58,819 bases of DNA from positions 1 to 58,819 of the IMG/VR virus record IMGVR_UViG_3300037657_000011; one strand, 5' to 3'. The notes beneath the pieces were generated by a model. The model worked only from the letters and a program-made list of their open reading frames with translations, searched no databases and was not told the origin of the DNA. The DNA comes from a virus. Taxonomy: Duplodnaviria; Caudoviricetes. Positions 32,601-38,177 of this stretch are shown here, piece after piece (the first letter of the stretch is position 1; every line of letters starts with the position of its first letter). The position numbers and the translations under genes are program-made.

Positions 32601-34360
32601 ATCTGCCCACGGCGCTGACCAGCATGAAGCCGGCAGAGATCGCGGCGGAATTGGGCATTGATCCGACAATGGCGGCTTACGCGCTGCAAGTGGCACAAGC
32701 CGCGGCGCGGATGGCGGCGCAAGAGCGCGGGACAAGCCAAGTGGCGAGTATCCTGGGCGGACAGCGGCTTGTCGCGCATCCGCAAGGGGAGTATGAGCGC
32801 GCCGAAATGAGCCGACAGGAACGCGGCGCGGCATGGAATCCAGCCACACAACAGGGCAGCCGGGTGGATGTGCAAGCGGTACAGCGCGCGAATCCGGCGC
32901 TGGAAGTTCAACGGGCGCAGTATGGGACGCTGCCTGGCGAACAGAGCGATTACCGATGGCTGTATGACCGCGCGATGCAGGACGAGATCAATACCAAGTT
33001 TGACGCGCTGAAAGAACAGGTGATCGTAATGCGTCCGTGGGATCGCAAGGCGGGATATGCGATTGAAGATGCGCGGCGCGCTGCGCTTGATCGCGTGGAC
33101 CGCGACAAGGTGAGTAGCACGGCGGCATGGCAGGACGACTATCTCAGGGCGATGAACGCAACGGCTGGCACAAACGCGGTTCCGCAATCGGTATCACCGG
33201 CGACGGCGCTACAAAGCTACAAACCGCGCAGCGTGGCGGGGGCGAATCCAACGGAGAAGTTGGAGATACGGCAGCAGGAGATCATGCAGCAGGTTAGCCG
33301 GACGCAACCACGGGCTGAATCCTTTATGACACCACAGGGCGAGATTGACTACAAAGCCTACCGGATGGCGCTGGACGAGTGGCGCGGATCGCTGGGCAAA
33401 GTGGCGGCTGGACTACCGGCTACACAGTTGATCATGGCGAAGGCGACAGAGGAAGGCAATGCGGCGACGATGAAACAGTTTATGGCTGGGCTGACCGGCG
33501 ATCAACTGGATCAATATCGCTGGCGGTATGACACGCCACTAGAGGCGGCGCAACGGACGTACTACGAGGCGATCTACACGCCAGTCATGGAGGCATATGT
33601 CACCATGCGCGATCAGGGCGATACCGAGGCGTGGGATAAGACGATTGGGGCGGTGGGCGCAATCGCCGGACCGATGCTGGCAGACCTGACTAACCGACTG
33701 TATCAGGGGCGGTTCACGCCTGAGCAGTTGGCGGAAGTGCAGCGGATTAACATACCGGCGATGGCGGAAGTGATGCGGTTGAATCAGGGACCAGAAGCGA
33801 AGGCAAAGACGGCGGCGCGTGATGACTTCTGGAACACCTATAACAATGGGATACCGCCAGGGAGCGCGGCATACGAGATCAAACAGAATCCGCTGGTGGC
33901 GCTGATACTGGACAGGGACAGCCGAGGCACAGCCACAACGGAACAGTACGAGATAGCATCGGCATCCATGCGGCAATACGTGGTGCAGAACTACGGGGGA
34001 GTGCAGCCGGAATGGACGCAGGCGCGCCAGGAGAAGACGGATTTGGATAAGGCGCTGTCAGCGCAGTACGGGGCTGATGCTCCGGCGCTGGTGCAGGCGT
34101 ATGACTTCGCGGGTAACGCTGAACAACAGGCGGCGCTACGGGCGCAGTATCCGATTCTGAACACGATCTTGTTGATGCGGTATCAGTATGAGCAGGCGCA
34201 TCCGGTGTACGCGCTGTACTACTCGCGCAAGGTGGCGAAGTCTGAGCAAGCCGGAGTGGGGATCGCGGCGCCTGCTGGCGCTGCGCCGAGTGGCGGCGGC
34301 ACAACTGATACGCGCACGAGCGAGTTGGGAGTGTTGAAAGTGCGCAAGGTCGGCAGATAG
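17612..34360 (+). CDS. Giant 5582-aa polyvalent DarB-like virion protein: DdrB-like ParB, JAB/RadC, N6-MTase and SNF2 helicase domains
   Basis: FQPRDR/GAP/VVDGNGR (~21950-23100); HNHPSG..PSQPD (~23820); VLEPAGGIG and NVPF (~26930-27150); AHGVGTGKT, DEAH, QRNGRVVRQGN (~28940-30480). Confidence 0.9.
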   Translation: MAKVNTSWWTAPNAISAFNANNAAALAAVMNAQNPQPAQANQWNAIGPVNPNAAPAMPALGPVNPNAAPIAPTPAPYQPVNGWLPPNNVDQNGVLQYTYTPPVDQTPPQWVQTAAEIGDVLAAPSRAVSNLIFPGNAAYRPDALKSDVRNLWQGKTPEWFAPADRYEGIVERELARDFRTAANAAQAGDVRTVLEKTTMQSAASMIPQTVEQFKQNPSLLSGVQVAMSAMGAMLPLMPKALFPVTNAPTQQAEAILGDIMSYVPVPGGAIGEGQKAVATLGGLEQTLQDVPGTMRRLQGEIDAVKRGEKPLLTIEEASRDYANTIAKAVADYHGQDFSLPYRQAGGVLDRPIKGNLNLYSGAAAVLSGDDPTTIDEIGRWVDYQSRHIVFSGPDARREAIDRIAHGENPQIAMRGLVAPPKDALDDEIELWEQSVQNHMAVTERVAYTSARMGGATDAEARTAAAEVAADAERFISEFGMIKGAERPLSEGILQTAFGFSPLDPMNYAGLGKLFGWQRLLPKARAQGQAATLSRVYEAAAKNAAGYTMAEEVAAAKRGLSPEMVSRETEAKRTLGLDTQGDQPTPRAEPTLADDLPAEAPGASANAWQRFGAQAYLQYVKIAELLPQSTGHMVQGYAMDMLHNLTRGARNAAEAARRIQAFVDEPGSLVSEMGSVPLSVKAEFARPVIRDAMDGIMKVLSGAGDRLDHGALLEGWLKPTEMAANKLSNVKPLGERSVLERWGAGVKGWLGEFALRTPGYAIRNAISDSVVMAMDGVYSLDTYKDLTKFLGKYKIDRALITGKRPEEMRESKLSRVPVIGTVQNAIGRMNEVWDDGRRVRAFTTAFRQFMGANYKPIISEGAKQILGPQFGDAVAKLEQMWRTGSSTQEIRQMYEAVISPRTAMDDFNIMGALESRGIPSDAVSPELGARVWGELRRATTDIEVNHILDKYEDMIIQDQQARMALMGDVVSPKGITEKTVEMDAEEYRAMLNKITEKAVKAGAMSQEDAVKAADEMARQVFEYEVTIHNARASIGQALAYLGDGADLQRAHALIAYAMDMEYSIRNTARENQHKLYLQTLDRINNTRGILRRDGIGIRRAWDEYRRLNDGEQRTRLREIAEIHKWTADAIIRSSTDWDGLLRERPDIAKAANTADRLLEQAMDLVRKGGVEDFEAVLLGNRTRIDLGRREAYRQAQVVSRAEPELAAHVFDVLLSTEKDVQMAAARTVGSVRLELARKDAGMIDLAEYDTRVNAHWNHYFDFAENRYGKYAQAQLLWMQVRNSAVAKGMRALGWEDDAIADLFGKTEQAEGMIRAQEILDKRIRGDVTPEPKPVRRERAPVEPEPARSLLEQADEAAPETPAAPRPRAEISYPYDVDALDGTKVVLADAVREILDNNIENAMDVAARFNLGEYEAGMLLRAAKATTGGERAPGKAGREARAVGSTPDKKYRLRRWLADLDDVIPSNTASGAVDPRYPAHFQPRDRTRQGMQQQVNKMALAFDSDAVLSDFRVVGRGAPTAVSMNGKWYVVDGNGRTLLLKKIKQDAPEKYAQYLDDLKSRLAENGFTEADLEGIRTPVLISELLDDVDVVEFAREGNVQQSMAMSPFEEARIDATRLLDDAVTKLAIGEDQTVDEAITSLDNQQLVIGFIRTLPETDRNKLVTKNATSLNQDGINRLKHALFVKTYNSESGIRLAESFIESADSGVKNIENAMFASLGQMARAETLANSGARDAGLAIADDLAIAVEGLARMRRSRQKLLDFINQIPIDGGQELTKVQKALVVFFHENAGAVKTMREFMRNYAAAVENQPGRDSPGMPGIDLSMTKQEIVYKLVADVQRAKEDAAKAKLFGEPLYPSPYDSAVNPREAADVSVPTEADSGRTFDSQHAYRVAGPGEDTGVDGRDATAGDGVLRADTISIEVETRPDTTPEMARVGRNLVADLELQDRSNQAGQAVRAGENGQTGVRRQGRVTTVASRLADSLRIDGTASLIGQRVQTAQDLGTLAQVFRDPRYETARYFFIDVDGKVIGETGVSSRLPGISVIAPEGVEDDIAWLKGLIKSHNAAQVWLMHNHPSGYVNPSQPDMQGTAQIAHALGEAFGGHIIIDHNKFLMMTRKMDVPIESGGRFLNFFNVEEVRVPTSEPTDAEVADFAARQTPEHLQEIEAIYDRDPVIAIRHIIRQDKQTDPLLNREPGDVNIGWKVPGMGSDFARNLFYIGKQYMTGDHPVLMGLGADYTLQAIGTQVIEDIRAQDGMRIAAQIRAFGRNNGARHVAMLIPKNLADLSQDDWRLIDFSITTKLLMDVVTVDGRSVRSNSEASPSAWMESQGVELGTIPKGRTLWDPGTQIDMFGNYVFDDAPKPAEQPRQAAQPARQETPRQAAPQQQAETPRQAEQPRMAAQAEQPRQAQPETPRAAQIPAEPKQVTAENITTQDAIEMLQDGRLTGHQLNEIGPLLKQEKLVQRAIGGGIDGERVYVTPTGKQVRYTDTRVYRFNNGKTAKITLTGFDREHMSISHDLYEIPDLTWDGADALNQQLRNSPVIPFEQDQRARIADVLNETKPMTRADVRGALEAVARGELDPEMVSAAVKQGIEDIERRAAPVRRTGVYKLPDGTELQYDGVGLLGGSGSYRVTLYMHDADGNQKTIYQFAPANLTAASAQRSALLRQITGSGTTITGGANARPTTTQPRGATAGDTARTGGARGTGTTARTGGADAAAGASDAGRTGRAVKPTKRGSDDSWLGGLFAHIPDEQPTATRGRTEPTTGGADAAGRTGDSGGRRSLATETPAPDTATRLDQGGDTQAVETGGSEAVQGAGEEGGAGSGSATGTRRTRPDVRGVHRGGSGVLPGIGDGTGNVEVGDTGGRTPAGQILDQEVRDTDAGIHARGGRGSGEDNAGVPQDTSLRLDDAPDSLKAETEAVRNDEARAIDEAWSALTDTERGQFTDWLTTSTHPIAGEKVPLATKYHILSRVFADEINDEPRSVRRGNGNYDYLITEKDAIGAGGARTKYKANIEAIRILKAIEEEGRYASPYEQAALVRYVGWGGLSQPVNTLKYYPDWHDAQREVRGMLTPAELESAGLSTPNAHFTSIPIVDAMWGIMQRLGFGGGRVLEPAGGIGHFLGRMPRDVYAKSTMTLVEMDSLTARIAKQLYQNADVHEKPYQEARIPNNWFDLSISNVPFGNYAVYDPAFRDNKALTSSIHNYYFAKSLEHVRPGGVIAFITSRYTMDSMGAEVRQYIADRAELIGAFRLPNTAFEGNANTNVTTDVLFLRKRAPSEEKTGPAWVKTVKQTDPVSGREYDINEYYASNPDMLLGRMEVTEHGNTSGNEWQPNLMPTRPLEEMLPEIVARFPENIYTEGIHVEAEEAQMVAAMAEFKLKKRVVEGQYMVMDSRLHKVVKGAPVPVQFDVHKTAALSDGARLVESLQTTLAEMMNPNSTDTSIGTHQQTLNTQYDTFVKRYGRVNDARVAEYFADDPLYPRLLSLEKKNEWGAWDKTDVFSKRVAGAGIAITQTDSAQEALYASLFKHNSVDLGYISQLLRRGRDETIEALGEMVYHDPDGMYVTKAEYLSGDVVGKLEEARVAAKTDERYQRNVEALEKVQPERIPAGKITARLGSPWIPPDVIESFITSLSGAKVAVEHIDGTTDWNISIKQAGKEDMMLQYQTPDVSFMYLVRQALALKQPTVTFKDAEGREHINQRATEAAREKQAKIKEAFEKWVWRDPARMGRLEDLYNRTFNSYIPRTWDGAHMQFPGMNPQITLNPHQKAGAFRIVSGQNVYLAHGVGTGKTFTMIAGGMELRRLGLRRKPMYVVPNMMLEQFEREFKLLYPMANIQVIRPDDLTPVKRPRMVAQIATSDLDGVIVSHETFARFPVSAEARAEFMRKQIADLDDMMKGRGDEKSWRFKQLQKQKLDLEARLEKMLSGKKDDATLFEELGVDQLFVDEAHAFKNLRYTTRLDGVKGMGSPEGNMKTMDMMLKVRLLNKMNGGGGVVYSSGTPVSNSLAETYTIMRYLQPDTLDQLGLRTFDAWAGSFAEVVESMEKTATGAKKSARLSGYVNMPELRFLMSETTDIKTQDTLKLSVPKIEGGEPQSVVAEKSPEMKAIIADLVKRAKYLEQNPGEAKKKGGDNILVINGDAKAAALDIRTYAKGLPDVPGSKLNTVVKNVLDIYQQTSNYHGTQMIFCDFSKPKKHGGGQRTGFSAYDDIIEKLVAGGIPRNEVVSIYDWDTPQKKAQLNKLVNEGKVRVVLGSTDKLGTGTNMQQRLYAAHHLDIPYTPAKMEQRNGRVVRQGNLHVQWDKPVKVLNYVTKGTFDEVMWALLRKKGSFVATFMSEKPLGRKGVDDSALVLNARQMEMASSDDPTMLRQAELENDIQRYENLHAEYLYQRQQNGVRISQGETKLERQRQDAQVLSRAAATYRTEKQKPFSMRWNNETHSAWIDKNARTTVNNAMIAWAKDPGEAPPAGEVKPLGEVQGLRLEWDGRYDSPDAKFRGVEHLFHASPEGRKMIEAQMEVGPVIRVVSDYYGGETVGKFILSPRDGAQNITRLENILTGLEARKEAAINSMRDTENLLRELRMQMAQPFEHDMVWDRSKVELADLKSKFSVQDEVIDEVDAIERNEDYTGREAKVFQEEGAPDPYAALNDEQIEAAALADAPVPVDGLVAQDADAEMTGNTGETHAHQSLLDYVTKQQLEALNAIRDGALKHLGDAPKRTKPTLSADQLKVLEAEVQQAVRQLNETVDAGKTYANERSNFALMDYGNKRGFDLWLSSIAPFYYWATRQGRNFILRALDNPQFLIAYWRYKEAMKKHNKRRGTRKRFETAFRIPTRDLTGGAMDDVYWDPTSALFPFDQMYGEGYDEEATGLQGMYNTASQFGMRPHPVIDVPLRLTGALTSKSPNQEGYEAEQAEWGPGSVGKLLQQSSLVQAVSAALGMGPSGMGINPESPLRKALGLTETEGFDAYRVGRSISNMAAEQNKAYGEQFDRRPYLAAQEFVAKHVSDLPTALTSMKPAEIAAELGIDPTMAAYALQVAQAAARMAAQERGTSQVASILGGQRLVAHPQGEYERAEMSRQERGAAWNPATQQGSRVDVQAVQRANPALEVQRAQYGTLPGEQSDYRWLYDRAMQDEINTKFDALKEQVIVMRPWDRKAGYAIEDARRAALDRVDRDKVSSTAAWQDDYLRAMNATAGTNAVPQSVSPATALQSYKPRSVAGANPTEKLEIRQQEIMQQVSRTQPRAESFMTPQGEIDYKAYRMALDEWRGSLGKVAAGLPATQLIMAKATEEGNAATMKQFMAGLTGDQLDQYRWRYDTPLEAAQRTYYEAIYTPVMEAYVTMRDQGDTEAWDKTIGAVGAIAGPMLADLTNRLYQGRFTPEQLAEVQRINIPAMAEVMRLNQGPEAKAKTAARDDFWNTYNNGIPPGSAAYEIKQNPLVALILDRDSRGTATTEQYEIASASMRQYVVQNYGGVQPEWTQARQEKTDLDKALSAQYGADAPALVQAYDFAGNAEQQAALRAQYPILNTILLMRYQYEQAHPVYALYYSRKVAKSEQAGVGIAAPAGAAPSGGGTTDTRTSELGVLKVRKVGR
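23244..23522 (+). CDS. Candidate overprinted gene 1, +1 frame inside the giant gene
   Basis: GGAGG 6 nt before GTG; helical globular-looking 92-aa product; host frame is linker-like here. Confidence 0.5.
   Translation: MEGHSIANTHIELLDPEKIRELTDEMLLQEMEFYGLTPFLLKLKLDLTQLPKWRELAETLLLTWNYRIDLTKRGRLYVQERMGRPVYGGKAE
24684..24870 (+). repeat. Coding repeat (QPRQA/ETPRQA units) in the giant protein
   Basis: Repeated AACAACCACGG and AGACACCTCGGCA units. Confidence 0.7.
25641..26324 (+). CDS. Candidate overprinted gene 2, +1 frame inside the giant gene
   Basis: AGGGGG before ATG; 227 codons open; ordered C-terminal domain; host frame is a G/T/R/D-rich linker over the same span. Confidence 0.65.
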   Translation: MLDQLLPNQEEQPQEIPPELAGQGEQALPPELAALMQQQGQAMPDELAGLSNPPSEDQMIPGSADSLPTSPMSSLPLPVDELSQPRAELMPQEEPATAEDDDPWQLKHPHQIPQHASIKEEIRKQWKLADPKRYKALVKKGELEAEVQLAHDEHVQTFGAYIEAGAGYYPALEMARATWKWETPEEEHPLDKYSIKKYGIPMPEYMHEGDEEAERIMREYRKTHPYA

Positions 34361-34392
34361 GTGTAGAATAACCGCAACAGCTTAGGCAGAAC

Positions 34393-34433
34393 ACGCCGGG
34401 CGACTGAGAACCAGTCGTCCGGCGTTTTTGTTT
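34393..34433 (+). terminator. Intrinsic terminator 1 after the giant gene
   Basis: 14-bp stem (one G-U) plus TTTTGTTT. Confidence 0.8.
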
Positions 34434-34460
34434 GGCTGAATTAGCTTAGGCGGAATACGT

Positions 34461-34499
34461 CGGGCAGCCGTGATATGCGGCTGCCCGTTTTTTGTTTTT
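34461..34499 (+). terminator. Intrinsic terminator 2 before the scaffold gene
   Basis: CGGGCAGCCG/CGGCTGCCCG stem plus T6GT5. Confidence 0.8.
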
Positions 34500-34537
34500 C
34501 CGCCCGTTCCAAATGGAGTTCCGGGAGGGATAGCCGA

Positions 34538-35305
34538 ATGGAAACAGGATATGACGCACAGGCTGAAACAGTTCCGGCGGCAGGGATGCCGAATGGGATA
34601 GGTGACGGTGACCTGGGCAATGGGAATAGCGCAGCTCCCACCACAAGCGGCGCAGTCCTGCCGGAAGGCGTGGACTTAACGCAGTTACCGCAGTTTCGAC
34701 AGTACCAGAGCCAAATGGATCGCGCGCGCACGGAAGCGGAGCAGCGCGCGGCGCAGTTGCAGGCAAGGCTGGAAGCAATGGAAGCGGCGCAATTAGAGGC
34801 ACTTTCGCCGGAGGAGCAGCTTGCTCACATACGCAAGCAGCAAGAGGAAGACCGGCGCAAGGATAAGGAAGATCAACGGGTGGCGGCTATATCTCGCCAG
34901 GCACAGGATGCCTGTACCGAGTTCGGCATCCAATGGACAGATCCTGCCGTGCAAAGCGTTCTTTCTCGCATCCCGCCAACCGAGCAAGGATTGGCGCAGT
35001 TTAACCTCGAACTGGCGCGCATGGTAAAACGGCGCGCCGCGAGTATGCAGCAGCAAACGGAACAGCAGGTGGACGAAGCCACGAACCGCGCGCGCGTGAA
35101 CGCGCTCAACACGGCAGGGGTGACGCGCACCAGCACTACCGCACCCACGACAAAACCGAGTAGTCGGGAAGAACAACAGTGGAAGCGGTGGAAGAAAACC
35201 TATGCAGAACTAATAGGCAAGGGTACTAACAATCCAGCGGTATTTGAGTTAGCGGCAGAAATGCGCGCACAAGGTTTCACATTTGATGACCTCAGAAATC
35301 ACTAG
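34538..35305 (+). CDS. Capsid scaffolding protein
   Basis: GGGAGG RBS; coiled coil; immediately upstream of the capsid gene. Confidence 0.7.
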   Translation: METGYDAQAETVPAAGMPNGIGDGDLGNGNSAAPTTSGAVLPEGVDLTQLPQFRQYQSQMDRARTEAEQRAAQLQARLEAMEAAQLEALSPEEQLAHIRKQQEEDRRKDKEDQRVAAISRQAQDACTEFGIQWTDPAVQSVLSRIPPTEQGLAQFNLELARMVKRRAASMQQQTEQQVDEATNRARVNALNTAGVTRTSTTAPTTKPSSREEQQWKRWKKTYAELIGKGTNNPAVFELAAEMRAQGFTFDDLRNH

Positions 35306-35332
35306 CTGGGGCATCCCTAGGAGTGAATAAAA

Positions 35333-36496
35333 ATGGCTACTGGACCACGTACTACATTCCACGACACCAGTTTGCAAGAGCGAACTGTGGTGGAATACTT
35401 CGATCTTTTGTCGCCCAAAGAGTCCATGTTTCTGAAGGCGATCTCAGGCGGATCGCCGGATAAGCCGGGGCTGAACAGCCTTTCGATGCCGTGCGAATCC
35501 AAAAAGTACGAATGGCTAGAGGATGAGGATCCACCGTTCGTTTCGACGTTGGACACCGCGCTGAGCGACAGCGACACCACGCTTGACCCAACGGCTACTC
35601 ATGTGGAGTACTTCGTGCCCGGTTTGATCTTCTCCATTGATGACGAGTACATGATCGTGGCACAAGCAAGCACTGTTGGGAGCAATCCCACAATCGAGCG
35701 CGCGTATGCCGGCACTGCGGCAGCGGCGCACGATGCAGGGGCTGAGATTCACATGTACGGCAACGCCTCGCTGGAAGATGCCGACTTTAAGGGCACCTGG
35801 ACGAAGGAACTGACCTCGCCGTACAACGTTACGCAGTTGTTCGAGCAGACGATCCTTGTCACCGAGATGGCGCAGGCAATCAAAACCTACGGCATCGATA
35901 ACGCGCTGGAACGCGAAACGGCAACCAAGACGCGCCGCATGATACGCGAGATGAACCGCGTGGCGTTCTTCGGCAAGCGATACGCGGGCACCGCAAGCAA
36001 GCCTTCGATGATGGGCGGTTTGAATTACTACATCCCCAGCGTCAATGTGACAGACCTCCTCGGTGGAACGCTCGAAACGGAACACATTGCTACTGCGATG
36101 CGGAACATCTTTGATCGGGTGGGCGCAAGCAACGTACCAGACACGATCATCTGCAATTCCGTAGCGCGCGAGCGCATGACAAAGGTGTTTGCAGCGTCGG
36201 GCGTGGTTCGGTACAGCGAGGAACGCGAACGCACCGCAGGGATGGTCATTGATCACATCGTTACGCACTTCGGCACGTTTGACATTTTGTTGGATCAGGA
36301 CTGCCCACAGACCACGATCTACCTGGTGAAGCTGGACCAGATCGGCTTTGGACCAATGGCAGGTATGCCGATGAGGCGTATGCCCCTCGCCAAGAGTGGA
36401 CCCGTGGACAAGTTCGGCGTGTACGGCACGTACACGATGGAAGTGCGCAACTCTCTGTCTCATGCCGCGATTAAGAACATCGCGCAGACGATCTAG
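35333..36496 (+). CDS. Major capsid protein (SU10/DUF5309-like, with insertion domain)
   Basis: KYEWLED, YNVTQLF..TILVT, MGGL, PLAKSG...YTMEVRN pattern; AGGAG RBS. Confidence 0.85.
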   Translation: MATGPRTTFHDTSLQERTVVEYFDLLSPKESMFLKAISGGSPDKPGLNSLSMPCESKKYEWLEDEDPPFVSTLDTALSDSDTTLDPTATHVEYFVPGLIFSIDDEYMIVAQASTVGSNPTIERAYAGTAAAAHDAGAEIHMYGNASLEDADFKGTWTKELTSPYNVTQLFEQTILVTEMAQAIKTYGIDNALERETATKTRRMIREMNRVAFFGKRYAGTASKPSMMGGLNYYIPSVNVTDLLGGTLETEHIATAMRNIFDRVGASNVPDTIICNSVARERMTKVFAASGVVRYSEERERTAGMVIDHIVTHFGTFDILLDQDCPQTTIYLVKLDQIGFGPMAGMPMRRMPLAKSGPVDKFGVYGTYTMEVRNSLSHAAIKNIAQTI

Positions 36497-36526
36497 CCGC
36501 AAGGCTAGACGCACAAGGAGCAAGGT

Positions 36527-36976
36527 ATGAACACATATAAGCGAGTTGGAATTACAGCGGCGGTTTTGGCGATGGCGGTTGTAATGTTTGCTGCGCTGCT
36601 GGCGCTGCTGACACCGGCACAGCCTGCCGATGCTGCTGGGTATGGGGTGTATCCAACCATCCGCACACACGCGGGGGCTGGTGGGCTGACGACATACACA
36701 ACCAGCGTGAACCTGGGTGCGGCGAGTTGGCTGTACTACGAGACGGCGGATGTGTATGCGGTGCTGGACCTGACAACGTTGCAGACTGTGACACTGAAAA
36801 CGCAGAGTTCGGCGGACGGCGTGACCTGGGTGGATGGCACGACTATCTGGAACGGCGTGGTGGCTGATCAGGCGACTACGAGCCGCATCAATGCCCTGGG
36901 GTCGCAGTATCGGTTTGTCTTGACCGCCAGCGGGGAGAGCGTTTACACGCCCACGATCAAGATTGTTCTTAAGTAG
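36527..36976 (+). CDS. Beta-rich protein with a Sec-type signal peptide
   Basis: KR n-region, long hydrophobic core, ADA cleavage motif; AAGGAG RBS. Confidence 0.7.
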   Translation: MNTYKRVGITAAVLAMAVVMFAALLALLTPAQPADAAGYGVYPTIRTHAGAGGLTTYTTSVNLGAASWLYYETADVYAVLDLTTLQTVTLKTQSSADGVTWVDGTTIWNGVVADQATTSRINALGSQYRFVLTASGESVYTPTIKIVLK

Positions 36977-37005
36977 CCTAATGCGCCATGCGCGCAAGTA
37001 GATCA

Positions 37006-37033
37006 AGTGGCGCAGGGTAACACCTGCGCCACT
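37006..37033. other. Perfect 11-bp hairpin without U-tract
   Basis: AGTGGCGCAGG-GTAACA-CCTGCGCCACT, intergenic. Confidence 0.7.
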
Positions 37034-37047
37034 AGCAAAGGTGAAAA

Positions 37048-37257
37048 ATGGCTAGACGCAAGCAAGCTGACGAGCCGATAGTTGTAGATGAGCCACAGCC
37101 ACAGGAGCCTGCCGTTGCGGTGTTCGTGATAGCGGTGGGCAGATTGTTGGTGCGCGGGAAGATGCTCACGATGGGAGAGTATCGCACCAGCGATGAGGAT
37201 GAGATCGCTGTACTGCGCGGTCTGGTGCAGAAGGGGATCGTGACAGAGCTTAACTAG
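37048..37257 (+). CDS. Small hypothetical head-associated protein
   Basis: Position; AAAGGT RBS. Confidence 0.6.
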   Translation: MARRKQADEPIVVDEPQPQEPAVAVFVIAVGRLLVRGKMLTMGEYRTSDEDEIAVLRGLVQKGIVTELN

Positions 37258-37265
37258 GGGGCATT

Positions 37266-38114
37266 ATGCCTGAAACAATGGCGCAGATGATAACGGCGGT
37301 GGCAAAGCGCGCCGGATTCCATCTGCTTGACGTGGCGACAGGTGGCACGACTACCACGCTGAACGCCGCAAAGCTGATCCACAGGGATGGCTACTGGACC
37401 GGCAAGTACATCTATTTCCTCTCCGGCAGTAACGCGGGGCTGGAACGTATTGTCACCGGCTACACCAATCACACCCTCGCCTTCGATGCCTGCCCGTACA
37501 ACGTGGCGGCTGGTGATCAGTTCGAGATCGCTGAGATCGCACGGGATGACCTGGTGTTGGCGGTGCAGGGGGCGATTGGCGCGGCTGGGTCTAGCTGGAT
37601 GCGGATTGTCTCGGACGAGAGCATGACGCTGGACACCGACACCATGCGCTATGAGATGCCGGACGATTTAGTGAGTATCCTCTCAATTGATATGTTTTAC
37701 ACCGATGACGTGGCGCTTGAATCGTATTGGCTGCCTGTGACCGATTACGAGTTTTATGGTGCACCAGGCGCACGCACATTGATGGTGCGCCAATTCCCTG
37801 AATCGCACAGCGCACCCGCCTCAAGCTACCCAATGCGAGTGCAATACCTGGCGTTGCCTACCATGCTGAGTGAGGCGGCGGATGGACTGGATATCGGACT
37901 GTTTGAGCGCGATGCCGTGGCGTACATAAAAGAGATGGCGCTGCACTACATAAACGAGCAGCGATTCCAGCGCAACCGCACAGGCGAGGACGCGCGCGCC
38001 TGCCTGACCGCTGCACAGCAGCACATGGCGAAGGCTGAGAGCATCCGCGAACGGGCGCATAGCGCGGTTGGGACACGGCGATATAAGACGCGCCAACTGC
38101 CGAGGCATATATAG
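37266..38114 (+). CDS. Head-to-tail adaptor-like protein
   Basis: Position; TMRYEMPDDL..I and MRVQY..P motifs typical of adaptor/tail tubular A. Confidence 0.6.
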   Translation: MPETMAQMITAVAKRAGFHLLDVATGGTTTTLNAAKLIHRDGYWTGKYIYFLSGSNAGLERIVTGYTNHTLAFDACPYNVAAGDQFEIAEIARDDLVLAVQGAIGAAGSSWMRIVSDESMTLDTDTMRYEMPDDLVSILSIDMFYTDDVALESYWLPVTDYEFYGAPGARTLMVRQFPESHSAPASSYPMRVQYLALPTMLSEAADGLDIGLFERDAVAYIKEMALHYINEQRFQRNRTGEDARACLTAAQQHMAKAESIRERAHSAVGTRRYKTRQLPRHI

Positions 38115-38177
38115 GGTGGTTGTCAAGGCAAGAAAAGGACAAGAAAAGATTAAAAAGGATTAAAAAGGATTAACTAG

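Noticed and set aside
17612-34360. Tape measure protein or virion RNA polymerase
   Set aside because: No tail tube or chaperone context and no polymerase motifs seen; MTase, helicase and JAB motifs explain the core
35516-37006. Long antisense ORFs (496 aa here; also 17195-18283 and 26321-27238)
   Set aside because: These are shadows of GC-rich sense genes, with R/H/V-rich non-protein-like composition and no RBS
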